Shown here: positions 11,324 through 24,237 of the stretch, one piece after another | Layout of the letters: every line of letters begins with the position of its first letter | Numbering within the stretch: position 1 is the stretch's first letter | From: Utricularia gibba | Lineage: Eukaryota; Plantae; Magnoliophyta | Direction of reading: 5' to 3' | Length of the DNA: 64,000 bases | Assembly: GCA_002189035.1 (NCBI GenBank) | Contig: NEEC01000019.1 | Coordinates: forward strand, 620,001 to 684,000 | The notes under the pieces: generated by a model | The model's database searches: none | Told to the model about the DNA's origin: nothing | The model's input: only the letters and a program-made list of their open reading frames with translations | Position numbers and translations under genes: made by a program

Positions 11324-14300
11324 TGGAATAAATGTATTGGAAAATTGAGTGATATCTCATATTAGTAGTTAAAATACTAGTTTATATGGGATGTCAATTC
11401 TTTGATGTGCTTGAAATTGAGTTGAGGTTCGCACGTAATAATATTCTAATTTATTAGATCGAATTGAATTTCAGGATAACCACAAAACCCAAAATGGCTC
11501 TGCCACACGAGGGAAGCAAACTCACCCCAAAAACCACCTGTAGCGTGTGTGCGATTTACAACACCTTCTACCCAACCCGCCGTTAAACATGTAAAAGGGT
11601 TAGCCTAAACCTACAATCGAAACAACTAAAACTCGTAAGAATGGCCCCAAGGCCCTTAAGTCCATGTCTCCCGCGGCTAAGTGGCAGTTGGGTCAGGTAG
11701 GCTATTGGTTCTATAGTATTTCTTAAAATAATTGATTATTAATTAACTAATTTAAAATACTTTAATTTGTGCATTCCATCATTCTTGATCATGTTACTAC
11801 TGATCCCTAGTGGGATGGATTAAAGCGGATTTGCTAAAATACTATAGAATTTTAAGGTTGTGTTTGGTAGATAGTTTTAGGTTGGTTTTACAGATGTTGT
11901 GTTGAATATAAACATTTGGTAATAAACTTTCGACAATTTAATTTGAAACTGGTCTTAATAAATGTAATCCTTCTATACATGTTTATTAAAAATAAAGAAA
12001 AGTCAGTCGATGGGTGTCAACTAATTTCTACCCATAGCAAGTATGTCGGCTGCAGATGTGGTCCTACTTACACATAACCATCACTTGCTCTTAATTTCTG
12101 CTAATCGGCTGCTTTTTAAATTTTGTTGAAATGTCTAAGGCCTTACATTGTCCTATTATTGTCCCTACATGCGTGCGTCTGCACTATAAGTTACTCGAGA
12201 CCGATTCATGCCCCTTAATCGATTTCATCCTATAAAAACTGATTAGATGCTCTCTTCTCCGATTGATTTATGTAGTCTTACTGTGGCCTGTTAAGATTTT
12301 TCAATTTGATGATAATAAGCATTTATCTTGAGGAACGATCCTACTCCACGTGGCATAGCGATTTCTGATACCATCAATAATAAATATGCAATTTAATATA
12401 TTTATATTATTATTGTTAAGATAGACATCATTTATGTAATTAAAATAAAAATTGTATTTGATATATGAATTTTATAAATATATAATAAAAAATATATTAT
12501 TCTGAAAATTGTGTTTAGAACATAGAAAAAACAAAACAAAGCATGGTTGAATTAAGAAAAATTGCAGAGGGGATTTTTCGAAAAAAAAAACATAATTAAA
12601 TGTCTTATATAATTATTTTACAAATGTCACATTTATTGAAAAAACGATGATCCACCACGCCTTGGTCATAAAAAAGGGTAACAACACACGACCCAAGAAA
12701 ATGAGAGAATGGGATTGTCGCAGGTCAGTGAGAAACATCAAAAGTCAACAAAATGCGAGCGTGGGACAAAGAGGCAAGACGACCCACGTGGCAAAAAACA
12801 AAAAAAAAATGAAAAAATCGGGGCGCATCGACTCATTATGTAACCAAAGCATGAGACGTGTGCGCTTTACAATGTCATCACACTCTCTAAAGCGCACACA
12901 CTATAAAATGGCTAACCGAATATATAAAAGAATATTCACATTTTTAAATAATAACATTTTGTGCTTTAATCCCATGCACCATTATTTTTTTATGTATTCC
13001 AACAAAAAAAATTGTGATGATGTATCATACCATATTATTAGTTTTTATTATTCAAACTTTCATTACTCTATACTTTTTTTCAAATTTTCAATCAATATCT
13101 TCTCAAATGATCATTCATCCTACATATACCGTAAAATAAATAATGTACCTTTGTAGTTTTTACAAGCAAGTTCCATCCCACTTGGAAGAAGGTATTGTGT
13201 ATAATTATTCTACATATCTTTTTTTTTTCGATATGAAATAATTATTACTTTTTTTCTGGACATGGGCTGGTTTATTGGGAGGGTATTCATAGATTCACTA
13301 AACCATGAATGCAAAAGGGCCCATAGCAGGCTCCAGTGGGCTGGGCTTCCTACAGCAGTCAGTTGCAATGGATTCTTAGGTCAACTTCTGGAGGGTTAAT
13401 AATATAGCGGGCGACTAGGATTAATTACCACGTCAACTTCTGGAGGGTTGACGTTGCGACTGGCCCACCCCAAGTTATTGACATTGTTTTAAAATAAAAA
13501 AATTAGTTTTTTTTAATTTTTTTTAAAAATAAAATTATAATATATACAATAAAAATTAATGAATTCCATTCCATCTTTTATAAAAATAACTTAAATTCAA
13601 AATGGTAATTAAATCCGAGAATCTATTGAATTCGTTTTTCAAACAGTAATTCTACATGTTTTTACCACATGCAGTGTTTGAAAAATCATGGTTAGTTAAA
13701 CTTATGAATTGTAAATATTCTAATGGCTTTTTTTAGGGTTTTAAAATTGAAATTACCATGTGTTATGTGGGGATAGGGTTGAGGGTGGGGGTAGGTTAGT
13801 TCATCATTATAAAATGAATTGTCTTCGTTACCATTTTGACCTGACAATTGTCTCTTTTAGAGGGTCTCCGTCCATGCCCATTGTGGTAAATTACTATGTA
13901 GCATGTGTTCACATGTGGAAGCATGTGGAATGTCGTGGGTGTGCGCTCCTATGGGATCCTTGAGTTCAGCTGGCATGGATGCTGGATCTTGCACTTCTTC
14001 CACATGAGGTGACGTGAGTAGTGTTACGATCGATAATTAAATTGATTTCAATATAATTGAATAAACTTATATAAAAAGCGATCAAAAACAAAGTTAAAAT
14101 ATAGACACAATGTCATAAATATAAATAGTAGAAAAATATAGAAATGAAGTTATCTATCAAAAATATATATGTTTTCAATAGACTCTGTTCATCCAAAATA
14201 TACTTGTGTTGTCCACATGTGCACACCTCAAATCATGAAAGATTTCATTATAAATAGTTGAATTTATATGAATTTTGAAAATGTACTCATTATTAAATAT

Positions 14301-14851
14301 GATTTGAATAAAAAAATTGATATTTAATATATCATTTTATATGTTTGAACTTTTCAAATAACTCATTAGTATGACTTTTTGTGTGACGATCCACACTAGT
14401 ATAATTTATTTTACATATATACCTCTTACGATTTTATATTTTTTTTTCTGAAAAAAAAAACTTCATGTAAAATTAGAAAAATCTTTATATTTAATCATAT
14501 TTCATTCTTCATTTGTAACTAATATAAAATATCATTCCTAGGTTTCTGGCTGGATTGTACCTTGGCTATAGTAAACTTTTCCCTCATGGAATTTGTTTTG
14601 CATAAGTGTGCTCGTCCAAGATTTGTGCACCCCCCCTAGGATTGGTGTAAGCAAACAACCCTTTTGCATGTCATTTCAACGTTGTCTTGCCTCTGTCGTT
14701 CTAAATTGATTCGTTTTGTTTTTCAATTTGGGTTCTGGTGTTTAGGGATATCCAGGTGACACCCGAATCCAAATCAACCGGAGATTTGCACACAAATGAG
14801 TTCACATGTATAGAGATCGCATTTGCAGATAAATAATCACTCGAATGGAGT

Positions 14852-15598
14852 TCAGATATACAAGCGATCGGAGATCTTGTATCCAGAAATGACGGCAGAC
14901 ACCGCCAGTGCGAAGAATGCGAGGAACTCCATGGCGATCGCCGACGCGGATGTATCGGTAAATATGTTATCGCCGCCTTCTCGCCATCGGTTCGTTAGAG
15001 GTACCGCTGACGACGCCGCTGATATCAGCAAGTAGGCCACAATCTGCCATCCAGATAAGATTGCCTTCGGTTGGATTCCCCTTTCACGAAAAAGGGGAAA
15101 CAAGGAGAGAACAGGGGATAGAAAAAGGTACCTGATCTAAAGCGAAATCAGCTATAGAAGAGGACTTCCATGGGATGACCTGCTTGCTGGTGTAGAGCTC
15201 GTAAATTTGCCTGAATGATTGTACTCCTGCGTACACGGTTGACAGAATCGCTATCGCTAATACATACCTAGGGATGCAGAAATCGAGTCGATTCAATCGA
15301 GGATTCGAGAAATTGAAATCGATTTTAATAACAGTTACCTGTACTCCTCGTATCTGGCGAAATTCAAATCACCGCCATGGTTGTTACTGGCCATGAGAAC
15401 GAAGGCGACGAAGGAGAAAAGGAAGGACAGCCCTCTAGCAGCCAGCGAGCCTCTTCTCACGAAATCCTCTCTCTTCCATCTTCGCACAATGCTTGAAATT
15501 CCGTTGCCGTCGCTGGCTCCGCGGTCCGCTACGTTTTCGATATCGGCGGTCGCCGGAGGCGTCACCTTGGGCGGATTGGAATCGTCAGTATCAGCCAT
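14852..15598 (-). CDS. CASPL4B1: CASP-like protein, CASPL4B-type; exons 15598-15339, 15267-15132, 15043-14852 (195 aa)
   Basis: IVRRWKREDFVRRGSL..RG...LFS.VAF..MASNNHG...F..YEEYRYVLAI; DQIVAYLLISAASSAVPLTNRWREG.DNIFTD. The introns are in-frame GT-AG. Confidence 0.93.
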
Positions 15599-15957
15599 GG
15601 CTCTTTTTGCGTAGATCTATACGAAGAGTGCGATGATCGGTGAAGAAACTTAAGGATTCCTCGGCGTTTTGTAGAATCGGATGTCGCCTGACGCAAAAGC
15701 GACGCGGAAATTGACGAGAACGAAAAGCAGTTAGTTCTGTGTGATACCAGAGGGTTGCTTACCGCTGTCTAGTACAATGGACACTAAACAAAACAGCTCA
15801 CTCTGGATGGCTATGGCGAATGGGGTGGGGCCCGCTGCTTCCATCCGCTGTGTCATGAATCATGACGCACTTAATCTTGTCTCAACGTTTGCAGTCGGGG
15901 AACGGGTCGGGTCGGGTCCTGAAGAAGACATCCCCCATCCAAGGGATCGGATGCTAT

Positions 15958-16501
15958 GGTACGTGTATACACAAGAAAATTAAGTCAAGTAATTTTTGGA
16001 AATCACTAAAATCAATTATATTATGTATTTTTCAAATGTATTCAAATTTTATTATACGAGAATTAAATTTTGAAAATCAATTCAATTTTATTAAAACCAT
16101 AAGATGGGAACTTTTTTTTTTATAAGAATTGATTTTAAAATTATAATTATAAATATCTATCTTTATAAATAATTATAATTAATTCGATTACAAATAATTG
16201 AGTAAATTTTAAATTAAATTAATTACATAAAGTATAATTAAAAATCATATAATATTTTTATAATAAAAATGATATACAAAATATATTTTTAAATTTATAA
16301 ATTTATAAAATAAAATTATTAAAAAATATGAATAAATATGCCATTAAATTATTAAAATTAATTATCACTTTTTATACTCCAAACATGAATTTATTTTATG
16401 TTAATTATTCTAAAAAAATTTAAAATATATATCAATTCCAATTCTATCAAAATTTTCAAGTCCATTCAAATGAATTATGAAATGATTTCTCTAAACGTAG
16501 C
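15958..16501. mobile_element. Probable Tourist/PIF-Harbinger-like MITE
   Basis: The ends GGTACGTGTA and TAAACGTAGC are weak inverted repeats around a very AT-rich interior. The right flank is TTA. Confidence 0.3.
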
Positions 16502-17187
16502 TTAAGTTTGGATAAAGGACAAATGAAATTTCTCTTTAGTAGGAAAATTGGGATTTACGGCACATTATTTATAAGAAATTTGAATTATCATAAAAATGGG
16601 GATTTCATTCTCATTCACAATATAATAATAAAGAATTTTATTTAGACTTTTAGTCAAATACTAAAATCTCATCCCATTTTTCATTTGAAACCATTTATAA
16701 TATTTGAAGGTCATAGAACATAATATATATACATAATAAAATTAAATGAGCATTAATACTATGATAAGTAAATTTCAAAAATTAATGAAGCGAATGGACA
16801 GAGCAAGCGACCTACGTGGATGGTCGGGTAATTGACTATTGTCTTTTTCTCCTTCATTGATTCCTATTCATTTCCTTTTTAAAAAAAAGGATATAAAATG
16901 TAAATATCAAGAATTTAATTTTATTCCCTGGCTAGTTGTCCTATGATAGCAAGAATGGATGACGATATTAGCTTTATATGCATGTCCGATTACGATGATA
17001 AAACCCTTTATCTTCACGTTGGTCATTAACAATTAATATCCTATTTCAGAATTTGATTTATATTTATAAGATATATATATATATCACATTAATAAGTATG
17101 ATATGTTATTTAATGGGGTGTTTTGTATTGCTTAAAACTTACATTAATTAATTATAAGTTGTTTATAATTTATATAAGTGTTTCGTT

Positions 17188-18333
17188 GGCCAATTTTTTA
17201 AAATGCCTGTGTCAGATTAAAAAATTTGTGAAAATACCTATGGTTTTTTTATCCTTACCCAAATACCTGTAGTTTTATATTTTCTTGTCAAAATACCTGT
17301 GTTTTTATTATTTTTTTACATAAATGTGTTATTATTAAAAATATATGTAGTTTTTTAAATTGAAAACAAATTTTAACCACTTTCACTTTCTTTTTATATT
17401 TACTCAATAAAAATTTAGGAATTTGACTAAATATTGTAATTGCACATTATATATATATTTTTTGTTTAGTGATAAAATACATTTGAAAAAATATTCGAAT
17501 TTGTACTGATTTCGAGTTATATATTTATTTTTGTAGCATTTAAAAATTTATGATATATTAGATTAGTTGTATACTAAATTTGATAATATTTTGATTTATT
17601 AAGAGTTTTTACATATAAATACTTTTCGATATATTAACTTTTATTTTTTCAAAATACAATAGTTTAAAAACCATACTTTTTTGTTTTGTTGTTACTAGGT
17701 AATTAAAAATGTAATCAGATTTACATTAATAAATTTTTAATATTCATCTAAATTTTAGATTTTTTATTTCTTTAATCATTATTTTTTCTTTATTAACAAA
17801 ATTCATCCATTTAAATATTCTTTTAGACAAATAATTCAGCCCTTTTATTAAAATAAAATTTTTTATAAAATTATCTATTAATATTTAGTTATTATGAAAA
17901 GAATTATATTATTTTCATCTTTTTTAACATAAATTCATTGTTATACTTGTAATTTTTATTGAAATTAAAAAATAAATTTAAAAGATCAACAATTTACTTT
18001 TGTATATTAATTCATGAAAATTTAACTATTACTCTATTAATGTTTTATATTACAATTTTTGTTTTCTATTTTTTAGTTATTATTTTTTGTCATTAAGAGT
18101 AATCCATCAAAATAATTTTTTGATTAATAATAACTTTGAAATAAACTAACGTGTCTTAATATATGATTGTATACATTTCAATAAAAATTAAAATGGGTAT
18201 TAAAACATTAATTTCGAAATGATAGGCATTTTTAAAAGAAAAAATTGAATCACAGGTATTATGATGAAATCAAAAAAACAACAGGTATTTTGAAAAGAAA
18301 ATTTTCTGACACAGTCATTTAAGTAAATACCTG
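17188..18333. mobile_element. Non-autonomous Mutator (MULE) element, 1146 bp, with a 10-bp TSD
   Basis: Identical direct repeats GTGTTTCGTT lie at 17178-17187 and 18334-18343. The long diverged TIRs share AAATG[C/A]CTGTGTCAGA and repeated AAATACCT units. Confidence 0.85.
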
Positions 18334-20258
18334 GTGTTTCGTTTACTACTTATAATTGATTTTAAAATAATATTTTTAAATTATTTATAAGTTAATTTTA
18401 TAAGTAAAAAATTAATTTTTTATAAGTTTAATTACTTATAAGTCATTATATAGTTATAATTGACTCATAAATTCATTAACTTAAAAATTGGTAGGGGACA
18501 AATCGGTATGTGCCTCCCGAAAGATGAAATCAGGCGGGAGAAAGTATTAGGCCTGTTCTGACAACCTGAGATGGGACGATAGACCGAAGAGTACCAAAAT
18601 TGGACAAATCGGTATGTGCATGGTACCATTGTTTATCAATTTTAAAAGTAGTCCAATTATATAGATGTTAAACCAACCCACATTTATCTGTCAACAAGAT
18701 CGCAGTACGAATAATAGTCACAAAAAGTAGACGACACGTGCATAATTCAGAATTCATTCGTTTCAATCTTTTCTATAAATATAAGAAAATTTGAAAAAGA
18801 AATAGTTGAATCTCTAGACTTTGAATTTGTATTCCTCTTTTTCTTTGTTAGTGAAATCTTCATTTCCAACGAGTTCCAACAGTTCAGTGATTTTTTTGTC
18901 TTATAATAGTTTCTACATAAAAATCTTTACATCTCTTTATTTCTTTCATTCTCAACAACAACATAAAATCAAGACATCATATATCAGGTATACAAAAAAT
19001 CCTAATATTAGGATTATAAATTATATTGTACTTATTTTAAAAATTTAAATACACTCAAAATTGAATGATTTTTACTTAATCATATAGAAACAAGTTTATT
19101 TAATTTTATGCTACTTCATTCCTTTCCTTAATCCCAAATTTTTTTATCTATTACTTAAACATTATATAAAAATTAATCTAATTCAAATTAATGAAATCAT
19201 TAGATAACCCATTATCCCTATTGACATTGGTTTCTTCAAAAATGCAGGGATAATTCAGAGAAAGTGAGAATATTACGTGTTCCTAATCTCCTGGTAGAAG
19301 AAAGGAGATTATAAGTAGCTTTTTCAGTCGGAGAAACAACGGTGCCATCAAATGGCGAAGATAGACAAAGTATTCTAATACTCGATAATGGTTAGTGACT
19401 TTTGTATTATAAATATTTTTTGATTTTTTGAATCATAAATTATAGTATTTATTAATTCCAATTAATTACCACACAGTAAAAAAGAAATAAAGAGTGAGGA
19501 ATGCGAATATGGTATGCCGTGGGAATCTTGTCAACTAGTTAGGAATTGAGACTGGGCAGTGTTATCAATCAATTCGAGTATTAAAATATCTGGAATTATC
19601 CTTCTCATGTCCCACATCCAGTTAAGCTGATATGTATAATATGGTTGGTTACCATTAATACAGAAAATCACGTGTTTAATTATATAAGAATATAATGGAG
19701 CTGGATTGTGCCCCTATTTTAAAAATGCTTTGAATTCGCATTTTTATAATAAATTTTAATTATATTTCAATAAAATGAAAATTATTTCTCGGTTTCTTAA
19801 TAGGTTTAGATTGAATCATATTTAATTTTGAATTTAATTAAAAGCTTTTCATGGAATTTATATTTATTATGAATATACTTAATTATTATTAAACCGCTGG
19901 CAGGAAAAGAGAAGATCGATGGCTTAGATTTGATCTGATATGGAAGGACGACTAGGAAAAAAAGAAATTATAAATTCGCACCGAATACTGCTGCAGTGAC
20001 CCAGTCTGAGTCGGCACTCGGCGCGTGCCCTACAGCTCAGTTCACACGCGACGCGGTCTCCTTCTAAACCTGCCCTTTTTAACTGGTTTTCCTTTTTCTT
20101 TCTGTTTCATTGCTGGAAGAGTTCCGACTTCCGATTCTGTTCACGAAGGAGAAAAAAATCTCGGGCCTCGGTTGATGATTCAAACGAGTATGCCCGCGAA
20201 TCTGATCGTCCCGGAGGTTTGATTTCCGGAACCGTCGCCGGGAGATTTGGTTAAGAGA

Positions 20259-20366
20259 ATGTTACCCCATTTTGCGTTGTACCCTAACTTCAGCACTTCG
20301 TTTTCTTCCCTAAATCGCCCTCTCGTCGGTGCCAATCACACATCTGCGCGATTCTGCTCGCGATAG
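20259..20366 (+). CDS. 35-aa upstream ORF (MLPHFALYPNFSTSFSSLNRPLVGANHTSARFCSR), candidate conserved-peptide uORF
   Basis: An ATG...TAG ORF ends 148 nt before the main ATG. The recalled Arabidopsis homologues At5g01710, At3g53400 and At5g03190 carry CPuORF46-48. Confidence 0.5.
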   Translation: MLPHFALYPNFSTSFSSLNRPLVGANHTSARFCSR

Positions 20367-20514
20367 TTGACCAGATTTCTTGAATTTCATTTTGGAGGTG
20401 TACTGCCTTTGTTTATAAGAAAAAATTGGTCGGTTCTTGTAAATGTGGATTTGTGATCTGATAAAAATGACGATTATTTGATTCTTTTGGGGGGTAGGAT
20501 CGAGTTTTTTTGCG

Positions 20515-22089
20515 ATGGAACCCGGCGGAGCGAAGCAAGGGTTTCTGAGGAATACTCTGGTTCGAGTTTTCTTGTTCTGCATGCTGGTGATTGCTTTAAG
20601 ATTTGCGTATTTAGTGGTAATCCGGGGGGAGACTTGTGATGATGTCGGTGGTTTCTGTTTCCTTTCATTGCCGGAGAATTTGGATATCATTTCCGGCGCA
20701 GGGAAGTTCGCGAAATCGTCTTCATCGGCCATCATTTCTTCATCTGGAGGGAAGGCTCCTTCTAGGCCTGATAAAATCCCTGATCCGTGGGCTGCGGACG
20801 GTTTTCAGAAAGCCGTGCGCTTTTACACTTCTGTATTTGAGGATCTGATTTCAGAATCAGTTTTAAAACCCAGTTTTAAATCTCTGTGTGTTGATACTGA
20901 GGATGGGGCGGATGTATATGCTTTGCGTGAGTTGGGCGTAAAGGATTCCGTTGGTATTTCTAGAAAGGCATTTAAGCCACTGGTGGTTTCAGGCCAAGGT
21001 TTTAAGCAGCCGTTCAAGGATGGAATTTTCGATTTCACTTTCTGTGGAGGTGGGGTGGTTGAAAAATCAGTAAAACTTGGTGAATTCGCTGCAGAGATAC
21101 GGCGGACACTGAAACCCGAAGGGTTTCTTGTCATCCATACCGGTGCAAATGATCCTTACAGCTTTGAATCTTTGCTTGGCTTGTTCAGTTATTGTAGATT
21201 GGTGATGTTTAGGGATATAGATGGATTTGATCGGAAAATGCCGGTGATTCGGACTGTTGTTCTGCAGAAGTTAAGCGTGGAAGAGAATAGAAATCAAGTT
21301 ACTAAAGCTTCTGGCAGTGATTTTCACAATGGATGCTCAGTTCATGGTTATACGCAGGATTTGATAACAAAGGCTGAGCCTTTGATAGAGGAGGAACCGC
21401 CGAAGCCATGGATTACACTTAAAAAGAATGTCCAGAAGATCAAGTACTTGTCTTCCTTGGTTGACATTAGCTTCAAGCCAAGATATGTTTACATTGACGT
21501 CGGTGCCAGGAGCTACGGATCAAGCATCGTGAGTTGGTTTAAGAAGCAATACCCAAAGCAGAACAAGACATTCGAGATATATGCCATCGAAGCTGACAGA
21601 ACATTTCATGAAGAATACAAGTACAAGAAGGGGGTTACATTACTGCCGTATGCTGCTTGGGTGAAAAATGAGACCCTGTTCTTTGAGATAAACGAGGATC
21701 CGGGTCACAAGAATGTGGTGAAGGGTAGAGGAATGGGCAGGATCCAACCTGGCCAATCATCAGCTAGTGGCTCTTCTTCATCTCTGAGCAACGTGGATCA
21801 GATTCAGGGATTCGACTTTGCCATGTGGTTGAAGAACACAGTATCGCCCTGGGACTATCTTGTGATGAAGATGGACGTGGAAGGCACAGAATTCGACCTG
21901 ATTCCCCGGTTGTTCGAAACAGGAGCCATTTGCCTGATCGATGAGCTCTTTCTGGAGTGCCATTACAATAGATGGCAAAAGTGTTGCCCCGGTGAGAGGA
22001 CCAAAAAGTATGAAAAAACATATGGACAGTGCCTGGATTTGTTTACCTCTCTCAGAAAAAGTGGAGTTCATGTCCATCAATGGTGGTGA
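20515..22089 (+). CDS. SAM-dependent methyltransferase (Methyltransf_11 plus FkbM-like domains), At5g01710-like; single coding exon, 524 aa
   Basis: N-terminal TM helix; FTFCGGG...EIRRTLKPEGF; YVYIDVGARSYGSSI; VMKMDVEGTEFDLIPRLFETGAICLIDELFLECHYNRWQKCC. Confidence 0.93.
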   Translation: MEPGGAKQGFLRNTLVRVFLFCMLVIALRFAYLVVIRGETCDDVGGFCFLSLPENLDIISGAGKFAKSSSSAIISSSGGKAPSRPDKIPDPWAADGFQKAVRFYTSVFEDLISESVLKPSFKSLCVDTEDGADVYALRELGVKDSVGISRKAFKPLVVSGQGFKQPFKDGIFDFTFCGGGVVEKSVKLGEFAAEIRRTLKPEGFLVIHTGANDPYSFESLLGLFSYCRLVMFRDIDGFDRKMPVIRTVVLQKLSVEENRNQVTKASGSDFHNGCSVHGYTQDLITKAEPLIEEEPPKPWITLKKNVQKIKYLSSLVDISFKPRYVYIDVGARSYGSSIVSWFKKQYPKQNKTFEIYAIEADRTFHEEYKYKKGVTLLPYAAWVKNETLFFEINEDPGHKNVVKGRGMGRIQPGQSSASGSSSSLSNVDQIQGFDFAMWLKNTVSPWDYLVMKMDVEGTEFDLIPRLFETGAICLIDELFLECHYNRWQKCCPGERTKKYEKTYGQCLDLFTSLRKSGVHVHQWW

Positions 22090-22936
22090 ACTGCTGCAAA
22101 GCGTAGTACGCCCTTGTTATAATTCTTTCTTCCCCCGCTTCCCTCAGAGCAGCAGAAGGAGAAAACACTATAGATGATCAAGCCCCATTTGTTTCCCTCG
22201 CCTTCTTACAGTGAATTCGCTTCCCCCAAAAGCTGTAGCTCCTTATCTTAAGAAAATGAAATGACAACATGATTGTGTAGAGGTCGCTCGCTATGATCAA
22301 GCCTTTAACATGGATGTATAATACATGGTGGATATACGCGATTTGAAATTAAGGATTTATATCATGTTGATATATATATATATATAATTTAAATACACAA
22401 AAAATATGAATCATGTTTGAAAAATATGAATCATGTTTGATATAAAATTTTTTGTTTTAATATTTGTCTCAATTCGAATTAATTTTTTTATATGGTTAAT
22501 TTTTTTTTTGTAATTGCGTTTATTGTTCGAATCGTAAAGCCATTTAATTTTTGTTATCTAAGTTCCATATGAGTGTTTTAATATCATATTGAAATTATAA
22601 TTATTGTAATAATAGTTATTATTCAAGTTATAAATTATTTTAATTTTTATTGTCTAACTTAAATTTATCTTTTTTAATATCATGTTAAAAATAATTATTC
22701 CATGAATTAGATGAACATATATTAATCATATCACTTTAATTTTGTGATGTGAGATTGTTAATTTTGATATGAATAAACTTGTTTTGATCAATGTGAGTTT
22801 GATTCAAAATTAGGGTTGTTAATTTTGATTCCATGAATACGAACACCCATCTCATGCTTATGTTTATTTATTTAATTTTATTGAATTTTTGTTCATATTC
22901 ATTTATTTAAAGTTTAAGATCATTTAAGAATGTTCA

Positions 22937-22959
22937 TAAATAAATAAATAAATAAATAA

Positions 22960-22991
<32 letters not shown>
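22937..22991. repeat. Compound microsatellite, (TAAA)n followed by (TA)n
   Basis: Read directly from the sequence; boundaries approximate. Confidence 0.85.
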
Positions 22992-22994
<3 letters not shown>

Positions 22995-24237
22995 TAATTA
23001 TATTTATTTGTATATTAAATTAATTAATAAAAATAAAATACATCTATTTAATTCAAAATCTAAATAATTTTTTTTATATTAATAGGTTTATAATGATAAA
23101 TATAAGAAACAAAATAATTAATATTAATTTTAGAACTCAAAATATATCAATTGCTCTAACAATTATTGTTTTATTATTACAATTTTTATTTTACAGTTAA
23201 AATTTGGTGTTGTTAAACATAAATATAATATTTTCAGTATAAATTAGTATTTCATATGTTTTATTCAAGAAAATTGAAAATCATTGGTAACTAGATTACC
23301 AATATTAAAAATAATTTATATTGTAACATATATTATAATTATAGTCATAATTTAAAAATAATATTGATTAAAATAATATTTTATATATATCAATATAAAA
23401 TAATAAATTTTGATGTGATATTAATATTATAATAAAATAATATTAAGTATAATTGAACATCGATATTTGTTCATTAAATTAGTCAAATATAGATTTTATT
23501 TATATTCGTTTATTTATATTATTCAAAAAAAATTTTAATCGAAATAAACACAAGTTGTTTATTGGTTATAATAACGCTACTCAAAATATAAATTTAGGAT
23601 AAATTTCATTGAAATTTTATAAACACTTCATCGAAATTAATAAAATTTGAAATTTAAATTATTGATTTGATACTGTGTACGTGAGGCCAGCCCAAAATTG
23701 ACTTCTTAATGGTCCCACTGGCCCAATAAACATAATCTGTTTTCAAGTTTGGGGAATTTTGTTGCCATTGAAAAAACAAAAGTTTGGGGAATTTTGTCAA
23801 AATTGGACATTTTATCCTTATATAAAAAAAGCACACAAATGGCAGGAAATTAGGTTAAATAAGAGCCGTTGGATGACTGAAGAAGCACTCCCACTCATGA
23901 GCATAAATTCCAGCGGTCAGTTAAAACAGCGAGGATGATCTGTACGGCGGAGAATGCGACACGGCGGGAATAATGAACGCGTGGGGGCACGCGCAAAATT
24001 GGGGGATAAAAAAGGAAAAAAAGAAAAATAGCGAGGGGAGGGAGGGAAGGAGAGAGAGAGAGGGTATTCATTTCTTTGGAGCTTTAAAGGTGTTGCTTCT
24101 CTTTCTTCGCGACGTAAGCAAAAGGGGGAGGAAGAAAACAAATGCAAGTTGCCTAGAAGTTCTATGGTCAAAGGGCAAAATTTCCTGAATAGATAACCGA
24201 GAGAGAGGTGTAGGGATAGAGATAGAGATTGGGAGAG

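Noticed and set aside
12647-13156. 169-aa ORF
   Set aside because: Low-complexity K/N/F/I composition typical of AT-rich intergenic DNA, with no family motif.
14380-14400. Possible Helitron 3' end (GTGTG-ACGATC-CACAC-TAGT)
   Set aside because: The stem is only 5 bp, the spacing to CTAG is non-canonical and no 5' TC end was identified.
22401-22440. Exact 20-bp tandem duplication (AAAATATGAATCATGTTTGA x2)
   Set aside because: An ordinary slippage duplication in AT-rich DNA. It has two units and no spacers, so it is not CRISPR-like.
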